Counted from the first letter of the stretch, positions 45,905 through 55,153 are shown. The stretch is 60,467 nt of DNA from Patescibacteria group bacterium (GCA_038061865.1 JBBTYI010000009.1:1-60467); one strand, 5' to 3'. The notes: generated by a model from the letters alone, not told the origin. Numbers and translations: made by a program.

Positions 45905-45985
45905 CTAGCTTATTAGCTTTTTAGCTGCTTAGCTGCCTAGGGAATCCCTAAGAAGCTAAGAAGCTAGGCAGCTAATTAGCTGCCC
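45905..45985. repeat. AGCT-rich low-complexity region containing an imperfect inverted repeat (cttagctgcctaggg / ccctaag...ctaggcagctaa)
   Basis: 12-bp perfect inverted repeat TTAGCTGCCTAG/CTAGGCAGCTAA plus tandem TAGCT units. Confidence 0.5.
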
Positions 45986-47047
45986 GTGCCCGACCGTCAA
46001 GCCGTTGATCTCCACATCCACGCCGCTACTGTCGTCAAGATTATTTTCATAGTCCTGTTTTTTGTTTTTCTCTATCTGTTGCGCGATGTAATCTTAATAT
46101 TACTGCTGTCAATCATTATTGCTTCGGCGGTTGGACCGTTCGCCAATTGGCTGGAGAGTAAGCGCATTCCCCGCATCCTGGGCGTACTTTTGCTATATCT
46201 GGCCTTTTTCGGTCTGGTGATTTTCCTGCTTTCGCTGATGATCCCCTTTGTTTCTTTTGAAATCGGCCAGTTGACTCAAGCCCTGCCGAAATTTGTGGCC
46301 GGTCTTTCTGGCGCTCTGGAAAAAGCCCAGCAGACTACTACTTCCCGCTATTTTGACTTCTTCGGTGAAATCCAAAATTGGCTGGACAGTTTCTCGCAGT
46401 TTTTGCAGGTTTCATCGCAGTCAGCGCTTAATGTCATCGTCAACATTTTCGGCGGTGTGGTTTCTTTCTTTGCTGTAATTATCATTTCCTTCTACCTGTC
46501 GGTAATGCGCCGGGGCATTGTCGGCTTTATGTCTTCGGTCGTGCCCGAAAAGTACGAGGATTACATTATTGGTTTGTGGAAAAGGACGGAAAAAAAAGTC
46601 GGCCGCTGGTTTCAGGGCCAATTGCTGATGGCTTTGTCCGTCGGGGTGATAGTTTTTGTCGGCTTGTCGCTTTTTAAGATAAAGTATGCTCTCCTTTTAG
46701 GCATCATCGCCATGGTTTTTGAAATCGTCCCGGTGGCCGGGCCGGTGATTTCGGCCATCCCGGGCGTGGGTTTGGCTTTTGCTCAATCGCCGACCCTCGG
46801 GTTCTGGGTGCTAGTTTTTTACATCATCGTCCAGCAAATCGAAAGCCATGTTTTCGCGCCGCTGATTCTGGGCAAAACCACCGGTCTTAATCCGGTCACG
46901 GTAGTGATCGCGATTCTTGTCGGCGCCAAGATGGCCGGTATTTTGGGCATAATTCTGTCGGTGCCGGTGGCGGTGGTGATTGTGGAAATTCTGGACGATC
47001 TGGCCAAACAAAAAGAAGACCGCCGCCTGTCAGCCAACTCCGGCTAG
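45986..47047 (+). CDS. AI-2E family transporter (PerM/YhhT, UPF0118)
   Basis: 353 aa; 8 TM; typical AI-2E layout with a conserved GxxPG region. Confidence 0.75.
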   Translation: MPDRQAVDLHIHAATVVKIIFIVLFFVFLYLLRDVILILLLSIIIASAVGPFANWLESKRIPRILGVLLLYLAFFGLVIFLLSLMIPFVSFEIGQLTQALPKFVAGLSGALEKAQQTTTSRYFDFFGEIQNWLDSFSQFLQVSSQSALNVIVNIFGGVVSFFAVIIISFYLSVMRRGIVGFMSSVVPEKYEDYIIGLWKRTEKKVGRWFQGQLLMALSVGVIVFVGLSLFKIKYALLLGIIAMVFEIVPVAGPVISAIPGVGLAFAQSPTLGFWVLVFYIIVQQIESHVFAPLILGKTTGLNPVTVVIAILVGAKMAGILGIILSVPVAVVIVEILDDLAKQKEDRRLSANSG

Positions 47048-47070
47048 CGCAATTGGCTGTTTTGCGATAA

Positions 47071-47092
47071 TCTGAAACAGCCAAGCGGGCTG
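47071..47092 (+). terminator. Intrinsic terminator (cagcc-aagcg-ggctg followed by ttttt)
   Basis: Stem with a T-run; preceded by a second 10-bp hairpin at 47055-47086. Confidence 0.5.
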
Positions 47093-47103
47093 TTTTTCAA
47101 TTT

Positions 47104-48579
47104 ATGGGCAAGTTTTACATTACAACCTCAATCGCTTATACCAATACCTTCCCTCACATCGGGTATGCCTTAGAGCTGGTTCAAGCTGATGTTTTGGCCC
47201 GCCATCAGGAACAACTAGGTAAAGAGGTTTTCTTTTTGACCGGCACCGATGAGCATGGTGCTAAAATTGCTCGAGCAGCGAAGGATGAAGGCAAAAAGCT
47301 CCGAGATTTTGTTGACCTAATTTCAGATGAATTTCGCCAGCTGGCCAAAATTTTAAATATCTCCAACAACGATTTCATCCGTACTACTGACCGGACCCGT
47401 CACTGGCCGGCTGTGGTTAAGATTTGGCAAGCTCTGGGAAAAGCCGGCGATCTGTATAAAGCCGATTATCACGGCCATTATTGTGTCGGTTGCGAAAGAT
47501 TTATCAAACCCAGCGAACTAATCAATGGCGAATGCCCGCTCCACAAACAAAAACCGGAAATTATTGAAGAAGAAAACTGGTTCTTCCGGCTGACTAAATA
47601 CAAAAAAGAGGTTAAGCAGAAAATTGCCAGCGGCGAATTAAAAATCCTACCGGCCAGCCGCGCCAATGAAGTACTGGGGTTAATTGCTGATGCTGAAGAT
47701 GTCAGTTTCTCTCGACCGAGCAAGGATTTGAAATGGGGAATACCGGTGCCGGGAGATTCCACTTCCACCGTTTATGTTTGGGCGGATGCTTTAACTAACT
47801 ATCTTTCGGCACTGGATTACGCTAATAATGGCGAAAAGTTCCAAAAATATTGGCCGGCGGATATTCAGCTGATTGGCAAAGACATTTTGCGCTTCCACGC
47901 TATTATCTGGCCGACAATGTTGTTATCGGTCGGCTTACCTTTGCCTAGGAGTATTTATGTACACGGCTTCATTACAGTAGAAGGCGAAAAAATCTCCAAA
48001 AGTTTAGGCAACGTCATTGACCCGTTTCAGCTAGTGAAAAAATACGGTGTGGACCCGGTGCGCTACTATCTCCTGCGCGAAATACCGTCCAACGAAGACG
48101 GCGACTTTTCCGAGACCAAATTAGTTGAGCGCTATAACGGTGACTTAGCCAATAATCTCGGAAACTTGGTCAGCCGGGTGGCTAAATTAATTGAGACAAA
48201 GCTGAACGGCGAATTGATTTTTGAGGAAAAGTTTTTGAATAAAGGGGTCAAAGCGAAAATTGCAACTGTGCAAGCGGCTTATGAAAAATATATCGCTGAC
48301 TTCAAACTGCATGAGGCTATCGGTCAGGTCTGGGAATTGTTCACCTACGCCAACGGCTATATTGACGGTAAAAAACCCTGGGCCGACCCTGACCCCACCC
48401 ACTTATTGCAAACCCTGACCGGCAGTGTGACCTTGCTGACCGCCGGTGCTAAGCTGGTCTGGCCGTTCCTGCCGGAGACCGCCCAAAAGATTTTCGCTGC
48501 TCTTGGTCAAACCCTTATCAGTAAAGAAACGGTTTACCGCGTGATCAAAACCAAGCCGTTGTTCCCGAGACTAAAATAA
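47104..48579 (+). CDS. metG: Methionyl-tRNA synthetase (short form without the C-terminal dimerisation domain)
   Basis: 491 aa; HIGH-like FPHIGYALE, KISKSLGN (KMSKS), zinc knuckle CxxC...CPLH. Confidence 0.95.
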   Translation: MGKFYITTSIAYTNTFPHIGYALELVQADVLARHQEQLGKEVFFLTGTDEHGAKIARAAKDEGKKLRDFVDLISDEFRQLAKILNISNNDFIRTTDRTRHWPAVVKIWQALGKAGDLYKADYHGHYCVGCERFIKPSELINGECPLHKQKPEIIEEENWFFRLTKYKKEVKQKIASGELKILPASRANEVLGLIADAEDVSFSRPSKDLKWGIPVPGDSTSTVYVWADALTNYLSALDYANNGEKFQKYWPADIQLIGKDILRFHAIIWPTMLLSVGLPLPRSIYVHGFITVEGEKISKSLGNVIDPFQLVKKYGVDPVRYYLLREIPSNEDGDFSETKLVERYNGDLANNLGNLVSRVAKLIETKLNGELIFEEKFLNKGVKAKIATVQAAYEKYIADFKLHEAIGQVWELFTYANGYIDGKKPWADPDPTHLLQTLTGSVTLLTAGAKLVWPFLPETAQKIFAALGQTLISKETVYRVIKTKPLFPRLK

Positions 48580-48588
48580 TCCCAACAA

Positions 48589-48613
48589 TCCGAATTTATC
48601 CGAATACTCCGAA
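48589..48613. repeat. Left inverted repeat flanking the GxxExxY gene (ccgaatttatccgaat + ccgaat)
   Basis: Reverse complement of attcggataaattcg at 48997-49011. Confidence 0.55.
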
Positions 48614-49014
48614 TGGAGAAAATAATTCATAAGGAGATGTCTTATAAGTTAGGTGGGTTGTTTTTCAAAACTCATAATGATTTGGGTAGATTTAGAAAAG
48701 AGTACCAATATTGCAAGCACTTTGAGGGTCTCTTGAAAAATAGCAACATCAGCTACGTAAGAGAATATAAGATTAATTCTCCCGACAAAGCACTAAATAA
48801 GGTAGATTTCTTCATTGAAAACGCCATACTCGTGGACTTTAAGGCCAAGCCATTTATCACCAGGGAAGATTATTATCAGATGAGAAGGTATCTAGAACTG
48901 GTGGGACTAGACTTAGGTTTGATAGTTAATTTTAGACAAAAATATCTTAAGCCGAAACGGGTTTTAAACTCCAAATCCACCTCATCTATTCGCAGCATTC
49001 GGATAAATTCGTAG
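48613..49014 (+). CDS. GxxExxY-family protein
   Basis: 133 aa; EKIIHKEMSYKLGG...ENAILVDFKA...GLIVNF matches the GxxExxY family layout. Confidence 0.75.
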   Translation: MEKIIHKEMSYKLGGLFFKTHNDLGRFRKEYQYCKHFEGLLKNSNISYVREYKINSPDKALNKVDFFIENAILVDFKAKPFITREDYYQMRRYLELVGLDLGLIVNFRQKYLKPKRVLNSKSTSSIRSIRINS

Positions 49015-49024
49015 TTTCGGATTA
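48997..49024. repeat. Right inverted repeat flanking the GxxExxY gene (attcggataaattcg...tttcggatta)
   Basis: 16/16 match to the reverse complement of the left copy; overlaps the gene stop. Confidence 0.55.
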
Positions 49025-49791
49025 TGTTAATTGACTCCCATTGCCATCCGCAATTTCCCCAATATGACAGCGACCGGGAGGAAGTAATTAAACGCGCCCT
49101 GGATGGCGGTGTCCGGATAATCTGCGTGGGTACGGATCTAGAAAAATCTAAGCAAGCGATTGAGTTGGCGGAAAAATATGATGGGGTGTGGGCAACGGTC
49201 GGTTTGCATCCCAATGACCGGTCGGAAAATTTTCAGATTGCGGATTATGAAAAACTGTTAGGCCATCCAAAAGTAGTGGCAATAGGGGAAGTAGGTTTGG
49301 ACTATTACCGCACGCCGGAATCAGAAAAACAAAAACTGCAACGTGGTGTTTTACAGCAATTTCTGACGCTGGCTACGGAAGTCAAATTACCCCTGATCGT
49401 CCATTGCCGCAATGCCCACGCCGATATGCTTGCTATGTTCCGTGCTTCAAGCTCTATGTTCCATGGGGTAGTCCACTCTTTCACCGGCACTTGGGAGCAA
49501 GCCCAGCAATACATTGATTTAGGGTTTTATATCGGCTTAAATGGAATTATCACTTTTTCTGACCAATACCGGGAAATGATTGAAAAAATACCGCTTGACC
49601 GGATTTTACTGGAAACCGACGCGCCCTATCTAACGCCCACGCCCTACCGCGGCAAACGCAACGAACCGTTCTACATTACCACAGTCGCCCAAAAGATCGC
49701 CGAATTGAAACAAATACCGTTGGAACAAGTCGCCGAAATCACTACTCAAAACGCGGAAAAATTTTTCAAAATTTCTGACTCCAGTCGATGA
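49024..49791 (+). CDS. TatD-family metal-dependent hydrolase/DNase
   Basis: 255 aa; MLIDSHCHPQF, conserved His/Glu/Asp pattern. Confidence 0.9.
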   Translation: MLIDSHCHPQFPQYDSDREEVIKRALDGGVRIICVGTDLEKSKQAIELAEKYDGVWATVGLHPNDRSENFQIADYEKLLGHPKVVAIGEVGLDYYRTPESEKQKLQRGVLQQFLTLATEVKLPLIVHCRNAHADMLAMFRASSSMFHGVVHSFTGTWEQAQQYIDLGFYIGLNGIITFSDQYREMIEKIPLDRILLETDAPYLTPTPYRGKRNEPFYITTVAQKIAELKQIPLEQVAEITTQNAEKFFKISDSSR

Positions 49792-49816
49792 CTATTACCG
49801 TACTAGAATAGTCAAA

Positions 49817-52144
49817 ATGCCCAAATACGACCACAAAAAAACGGAAAAATACTGGCAAGCCAAATGGCTCAAGGAGAAAATCTACGAGCCGGACTTAAAG
49901 AGTCCGCGCGGGAAGGGTAAGTTCTATAACCTGATGATGTTCCCGTATCCCTCGGCCGAGGGTCTGCATGTCGGCAATGTGTACGCTTTCGTCGGCAGCG
50001 ATATTTACGGACGTTATCAACGGATGCGGGGCTACGATGTGTTTGAGCCGATCGGTTTGGATGGCTTTGGCATCCATTCCGAGAACTACGCTTTGAAAAT
50101 CGGCAAGCATCCGGCTGACCAAGCCAAAATCTCGGAAAAAAAATTCTATAAACAATTGAGGGCCATCGGCAACGGTTTCGCTTGGGATGAGAAACTGGAA
50201 ACCTACGACCCGGAATACTATCGCTGGACGCAATGGATTTTTATCCAAATGTTTAAACACGGGCTGGCTTACCGCAAAAAGCAGGCCGTCAACTGGTGCC
50301 CTTCCTGTCTGACCGTGCTGGCTGACGAACAAGTAATCGCCGGCGAGTGCGAGCGCTGTGAGAGCAAGGTGATTAAAAGGGAGCTGGAGCAGTGGTTTTT
50401 CAAAATCACCGATTATGCCGAGCGGCTGTTGAACAATCTGGATAAAATTGACTGGTCGGAAAAGATTAAGATTGCCCAAAGAAATTGGATTGGCAAAAAC
50501 ACCGGCGCCCTGATAGGTTTTAAGTTACAAGCTACAAGTTACAAAATTGACGTCTTCACTACCCGTCCTGATACGCTGTTTGGTGCCACTTATATGGTTC
50601 TGGCTCCCGAACATGAGTTAATCCGCCAGCTTAAACCGCAAATCCAAAATTGGTCGGGGGTGGAGACATATATCAATACCGCCAAGGCCAAAACCACCGA
50701 ACAGCGGATCGCTGAAGGCAAAGAAAAAACCGGGGTAGAACTGAAAGGCGTGATGGCCGTTAATCCCGCCAATCAAAAGGAGATTCCGGTTTGGGTAGCC
50801 GACTACGTACTCACCGGCCACGGTACCGGCGCGATTATGGCCGTACCGGCGCATGATGAACGGGATGCGGAGTTTGCCAAAAAATTCGGCTTGCCGGTTA
50901 GTGACGCACCATTAGTGGATAATGAAGAAATCATCAAAAAAGTCGGCGGCCAGAAAATCACCAACTACCGCTTGCGCGATTGGCTAATCTCCCGTCAGCG
51001 CTATTGGGGGCCGCCGATTCCGATGATTTACTGCGATCCGCCAGCTGGCGGATGTAATTGGCAGCCGGTGCCGGAGGAGGATCTGCCGGTGGTGTTACCA
51101 AAGGTTAAAGACTTCCGTCCGACTGGCACCGATAAATCACCGCTGGCTTCGGTGGAAAAGTTTTACCAAACCAAATGTCCCAAGTGCGGCGGCCCCGCCC
51201 GGCGCGAAACCGATGTGTCGGACACCTTCCTTGATTCAGCTTGGTATTATTTGCGCTATCCGTCAGTCAAAGACAAAAAAACCCCTTTTGGTCCCGCGAT
51301 AACCAAAACTTGGCTGCCAGTTGACGTGTACATTGGGGGAGCCGAACATGCTGTTCTACACCTGCTTTATGTTCGTTTTGTGGCTATGGCACTGCACGAT
51401 TGGGGGCTGGTGGATTTTTCCGCCAAAGGCGGAGAACCGGCCACGCGTTTCCGAGCGCATGGACTGTTAATCAGCGGCGGCGCCAAAATGTCCAAGTCGC
51501 GCGGCAACGTCGTCAACCCGGATGAATACATCAAAAAATACGGGGCTGACGTTTTGCGGATGTATCTGATGTTTCTGGGGCCGTTTGACCAAGGCGGGGA
51601 TTTCAGAGATGAGGGCGTGGCTGGGATTGTACGGTTTATCAATCGCGTTTGGTCGCTAAAAGAAAAAATAGCCAGTCAAGATAGCCTAGAACTTAACCGA
51701 CCCCTCCATAAATCAATTAAAAAAGTCAGCGAGGATATTGCCGAGCTTCACTACAACACGGCCATCAGCCAGCTGATGATTTTGTCGCGGGAAATGGAAA
51801 ATGGTTTTTCCGCAGAACAATTGGAAATTTTCCTGAAATTGCTGGCTCCCTTTGCTCCGCATATTACTGAAGAAATTTGGCACAGTATTCTGAAAAACAA
51901 GGAGTCAATCCATATTGCCCCCTGGCCGGAATATAACCCCAAACTCATCGCCGACGAGATGATTGACTTCATCATCCAGATTAACGGCAAGGCCCGAGGG
52001 GTGGTTACGTTGGCTCAAAATAGCACCGAACCAGAGGTCAGCGCGGCGGCCCAAACCAACGCCAACATCAAAAAACATCTCGCCGACAAGACAATCATTA
52101 AGACTGTTTTTGTCCCAAACCGGCTCATCAATTTCGTCATCTGA
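49817..52144 (+). CDS. leuS: Leucyl-tRNA synthetase
   Basis: 775 aa; HVGN (HIGH), KMSKSRGN, CP1 editing region. Confidence 0.95.
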   Translation: MPKYDHKKTEKYWQAKWLKEKIYEPDLKSPRGKGKFYNLMMFPYPSAEGLHVGNVYAFVGSDIYGRYQRMRGYDVFEPIGLDGFGIHSENYALKIGKHPADQAKISEKKFYKQLRAIGNGFAWDEKLETYDPEYYRWTQWIFIQMFKHGLAYRKKQAVNWCPSCLTVLADEQVIAGECERCESKVIKRELEQWFFKITDYAERLLNNLDKIDWSEKIKIAQRNWIGKNTGALIGFKLQATSYKIDVFTTRPDTLFGATYMVLAPEHELIRQLKPQIQNWSGVETYINTAKAKTTEQRIAEGKEKTGVELKGVMAVNPANQKEIPVWVADYVLTGHGTGAIMAVPAHDERDAEFAKKFGLPVSDAPLVDNEEIIKKVGGQKITNYRLRDWLISRQRYWGPPIPMIYCDPPAGGCNWQPVPEEDLPVVLPKVKDFRPTGTDKSPLASVEKFYQTKCPKCGGPARRETDVSDTFLDSAWYYLRYPSVKDKKTPFGPAITKTWLPVDVYIGGAEHAVLHLLYVRFVAMALHDWGLVDFSAKGGEPATRFRAHGLLISGGAKMSKSRGNVVNPDEYIKKYGADVLRMYLMFLGPFDQGGDFRDEGVAGIVRFINRVWSLKEKIASQDSLELNRPLHKSIKKVSEDIAELHYNTAISQLMILSREMENGFSAEQLEIFLKLLAPFAPHITEEIWHSILKNKESIHIAPWPEYNPKLIADEMIDFIIQINGKARGVVTLAQNSTEPEVSAAAQTNANIKKHLADKTIIKTVFVPNRLINFVI

Positions 52145-52168
52145 TACACCTTGTGTTAGAATTATCTC

Positions 52169-52567
52169 ATGGAAACGTCTCCCAAATTGGAGCGGGAAAT
52201 TGCCGAGATTGAGCAAAAATTGGCTGAAAAAAAGCAGGAACTAAACCGGGAAACTTTGCATTCCGTGGTTCAGGAAAAAATCCAGGAACATATCTCTGAT
52301 TATCAACCGGCCGGGCCGCCGACGGATGTTTCGTCCCTACCGCCGGTCATTCCACCACCGGTCACCGAGCCGCCAGCTTACCTGTCTGACGAGTTTAAAA
52401 ACAAAGTTCAGGAGTTGGTCAATGTCGCTTTCAATGAAAGTTTAGACACTGCTTTTAAGGCCCTGAAACAAACCGGAAATCCGGCCCTGATTGACGCTTT
52501 TCACGATGTTTTAGTAGACCAGCTTTACGATGTTCTGGTAGAGCGAGGAAAACTGAAAAAAATATAG
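52169..52567 (+). CDS. Hypothetical coiled-coil protein
   Basis: 132 aa; N-terminal coiled coil, central Pro-rich linker. Confidence 0.4.
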   Translation: METSPKLEREIAEIEQKLAEKKQELNRETLHSVVQEKIQEHISDYQPAGPPTDVSSLPPVIPPPVTEPPAYLSDEFKNKVQELVNVAFNESLDTAFKALKQTGNPALIDAFHDVLVDQLYDVLVERGKLKKI

Positions 52568-52575
52568 TATCAACT

Positions 52576-55011
52576 ATGCCACAACTGATTCTCTACGTTG
52601 TTCTTCTGACAGTACTCGGTCTGATACTGTTGGCCGGTTGGGTTGCCCTGAACGGCTTGCAGAGCAAAGGCCGAGTGCAAAAAGCGCTTAATCTGACTTT
52701 GCTTTTGATTAAGGTGCCGCGCGAGGCGATGAGCGGTCAGGCGGGCGGCGGCGGTCAGCCGAAGAATGAAAAGGAGCTCATCGGCATTGCCGAGCAGTTG
52801 ATTTCCAGTTTCACCAACCTTCACTCCAAGGGTCTGGATAAATTTCTTTACGGCGAGCCCTACTTGGTTTTGGAAATGGCCGTGCACCATATCGGCGAGG
52901 AGACCCATTTTTATCTGGCCGTGCCCCGGAACAGCGAGGGAATTATTGAAAAACAAATTTATGGATTTTATCCCAGCGCCGAAATCGGCCGGGTTTCTGA
53001 CTACAATATTTTCAATCCCGCCGGCTCGGCCGCCGGTAGCTATCTGACCTACACTCAAAACCCGATCTTGCCTTTCAAAACCTATCAAAAGCTGGAAGCC
53101 GACCCGATTGGCGGCATTTTGACGGCTCTATCCAAGCTGGAAACTGAAGGCGAGGGCGCGGCTATGCAAATTTTAATTCGCCCGGCTCACGCCAACAGCC
53201 AGAAATCATTGGCCGCCAAAGTAGCCAGAGAAATGCAGTCGGGCTACCAATTCAAAGAGGCTCTGCGGCGAGCCAAACATCCGCCCAAACCCAAAAAACC
53301 AGAACCCGGCCAGCCGCCGGAACCGGAAAAACCGCGGCTAATCACTCCGGCCGACGACGAGGTAATCAAAGCGATTGCCGCCAAAGCCGGCAAGCAGAAT
53401 TTTGACGTCAATATCCGGCTTTTAACTTCGGCAATTTCCTCCGAGCGCGCCGGGCAGATTCTGCAGGATCTGGAGGGTTCTTTGACCCAGTTTTCTTCGC
53501 CCGACCTCAACGGTTTTAAGACGGCTAAACTTTCCGGCTCGGCCTTGGAAAAACTGGCTTACAATTTCGCCTTCCGGCTGTTTGACGAAAGACAAAAAAT
53601 GGTGATGTCCACCGAGGAAATTGCCAGTTTTTATCACTTTCCGTTAGCGACGACAGCCACGCCCAAAGTCAAATTTTTGAAAGCCAAACAATCCGAGCCG
53701 CCCGCCAATCTGCCGGCTGAAGGCGTGGTGCTGGGCGCCAGTGTTTTCCGCGGGCAAGAAGTGCCCATCAGAATGGCCGACGGTGACCGCCGCCGGCATC
53801 TTTATGTCATCGGCCAGACCGGCACCGGCAAATCCTCGTTGATGAAGCAGATGATTAGGCAAGACATCGCTAACGGCAAGGGCGTCTGCTTGGTTGACCC
53901 GCACGGCGAATTCGCCGATTACGTGCTGTCGGTGGTACCGCCCGGCCGCGCCGAAGAGGTGATTCATTTCAACCCGGGCGACATTGACCGGCCGCTGGGA
54001 CTGAATATGCTGGAAATTGACCCGGCGCGGCCGGAACAGAAAACTTTTGTCGCCAACGAAATGCTGGCTATCGTCAAAGCGCTTTACCAAGACCTGCCCG
54101 AGGCCTTTGGCCCGATGTTTGAGCAATATTTCAAAAATGCCATTTTACTTTTGCTTGACGACTACGCCACTGAAATCCCGACTTTGGCCGAATTGCCCAA
54201 AGTACTGGCCAACGCCGACTACCGGCGCGATAAGTTAAGCCGCGAGCTAAATCCGCTGGTGAAAAACTTCTGGGAGCTGGAAGCTGAGAAAGCCGGCGGG
54301 GAAGCGGCGCTGGTCAATATGGTGCCCTACATTACCTCCAAACTGAATCCCTTTCTGGCTAACGATTACGTCCGGCCGATCATCGGCCAGCAAAAGAGCG
54401 CCTTCAATTTCCGGGAAGTGATTGACGGCGGAAAAATCCTCATCGTTAATCTTTCCAAAGGCCGCATTGGCGACATTAACGCTAATCTGCTTGGGATGAT
54501 TATTGTCAGCAAACTGCTGATGGCTTCCTTATCACGGGTGGATATCGCTGATGAAAACCAGCGCCGGGATTTTTATTTTTACATTGACGAGTTCCAAAAT
54601 TTCACTACCGAAAGCATCGCCACTATCCTTTCCGAAGCCCGCAAGTACCGGCTGGATTTGATTGTCGCCCATCAGTATATCAAGCAACTGCAGGAAAATA
54701 TCCGCGACGCCGTTTTCGGCAATGTCGGTTCCATGGCCGTGTTCCGCGTCGGCGCCGATGACGCCGAATATTTGAAAAACCAGTTTGAGCCGGTTTTCAG
54801 CGTCCAGGATTTGATGAGCATAGATAATTTTCACTGTTACCTCAAGTTGCTGATTAATAACCAAACCACCCGGCCCTTCAGCATCCAGACCAGCCGCGAA
54901 CCGGACGGCTCGGCGGAAGTAAGAGAACAAATCCGGGAATTATCGCGACTGAAATACGGCCGCCCCCGGGAGGAAGTTGAGACAGAGATAGCTGGCCGAT
55001 ATCAGGTTTAG
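52576..55011 (+). CDS. Membrane-anchored FtsK/HerA/TraD-superfamily P-loop ATPase (T4SS coupling-protein-like / DUF87-like)
   Basis: 811 aa; N-terminal TM; Walker A GQTGTGKSS; DPHGEF (HerA/TraD-type); Walker B YFYIDEFQNF. Confidence 0.55.
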   Translation: MPQLILYVVLLTVLGLILLAGWVALNGLQSKGRVQKALNLTLLLIKVPREAMSGQAGGGGQPKNEKELIGIAEQLISSFTNLHSKGLDKFLYGEPYLVLEMAVHHIGEETHFYLAVPRNSEGIIEKQIYGFYPSAEIGRVSDYNIFNPAGSAAGSYLTYTQNPILPFKTYQKLEADPIGGILTALSKLETEGEGAAMQILIRPAHANSQKSLAAKVAREMQSGYQFKEALRRAKHPPKPKKPEPGQPPEPEKPRLITPADDEVIKAIAAKAGKQNFDVNIRLLTSAISSERAGQILQDLEGSLTQFSSPDLNGFKTAKLSGSALEKLAYNFAFRLFDERQKMVMSTEEIASFYHFPLATTATPKVKFLKAKQSEPPANLPAEGVVLGASVFRGQEVPIRMADGDRRRHLYVIGQTGTGKSSLMKQMIRQDIANGKGVCLVDPHGEFADYVLSVVPPGRAEEVIHFNPGDIDRPLGLNMLEIDPARPEQKTFVANEMLAIVKALYQDLPEAFGPMFEQYFKNAILLLLDDYATEIPTLAELPKVLANADYRRDKLSRELNPLVKNFWELEAEKAGGEAALVNMVPYITSKLNPFLANDYVRPIIGQQKSAFNFREVIDGGKILIVNLSKGRIGDINANLLGMIIVSKLLMASLSRVDIADENQRRDFYFYIDEFQNFTTESIATILSEARKYRLDLIVAHQYIKQLQENIRDAVFGNVGSMAVFRVGADDAEYLKNQFEPVFSVQDLMSIDNFHCYLKLLINNQTTRPFSIQTSREPDGSAEVREQIRELSRLKYGRPREEVETEIAGRYQV

Positions 55012-55029
55012 CATTCTGGTTTTAAAAAC

Positions 55030-55153
55030 AATACCCCGCCCCCTTTCACTGCCCGAACTCGGATGAGGCGCGGTTTTAATGGTTTTATAAAAATAGTACC
55101 GCTTATTGCTTCAGCCTCAATCCTTATTAGGCAGTGAAAGGGGGCGGGGTATT
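55030..55153. repeat. 124-bp element with perfect 24-bp terminal inverted repeats (AATACCCCGCCCCCTTTCACTGCC)
   Basis: 55030-55053 is the exact reverse complement of 55130-55153; the 76-nt interior is AT-rich. Confidence 0.65.
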
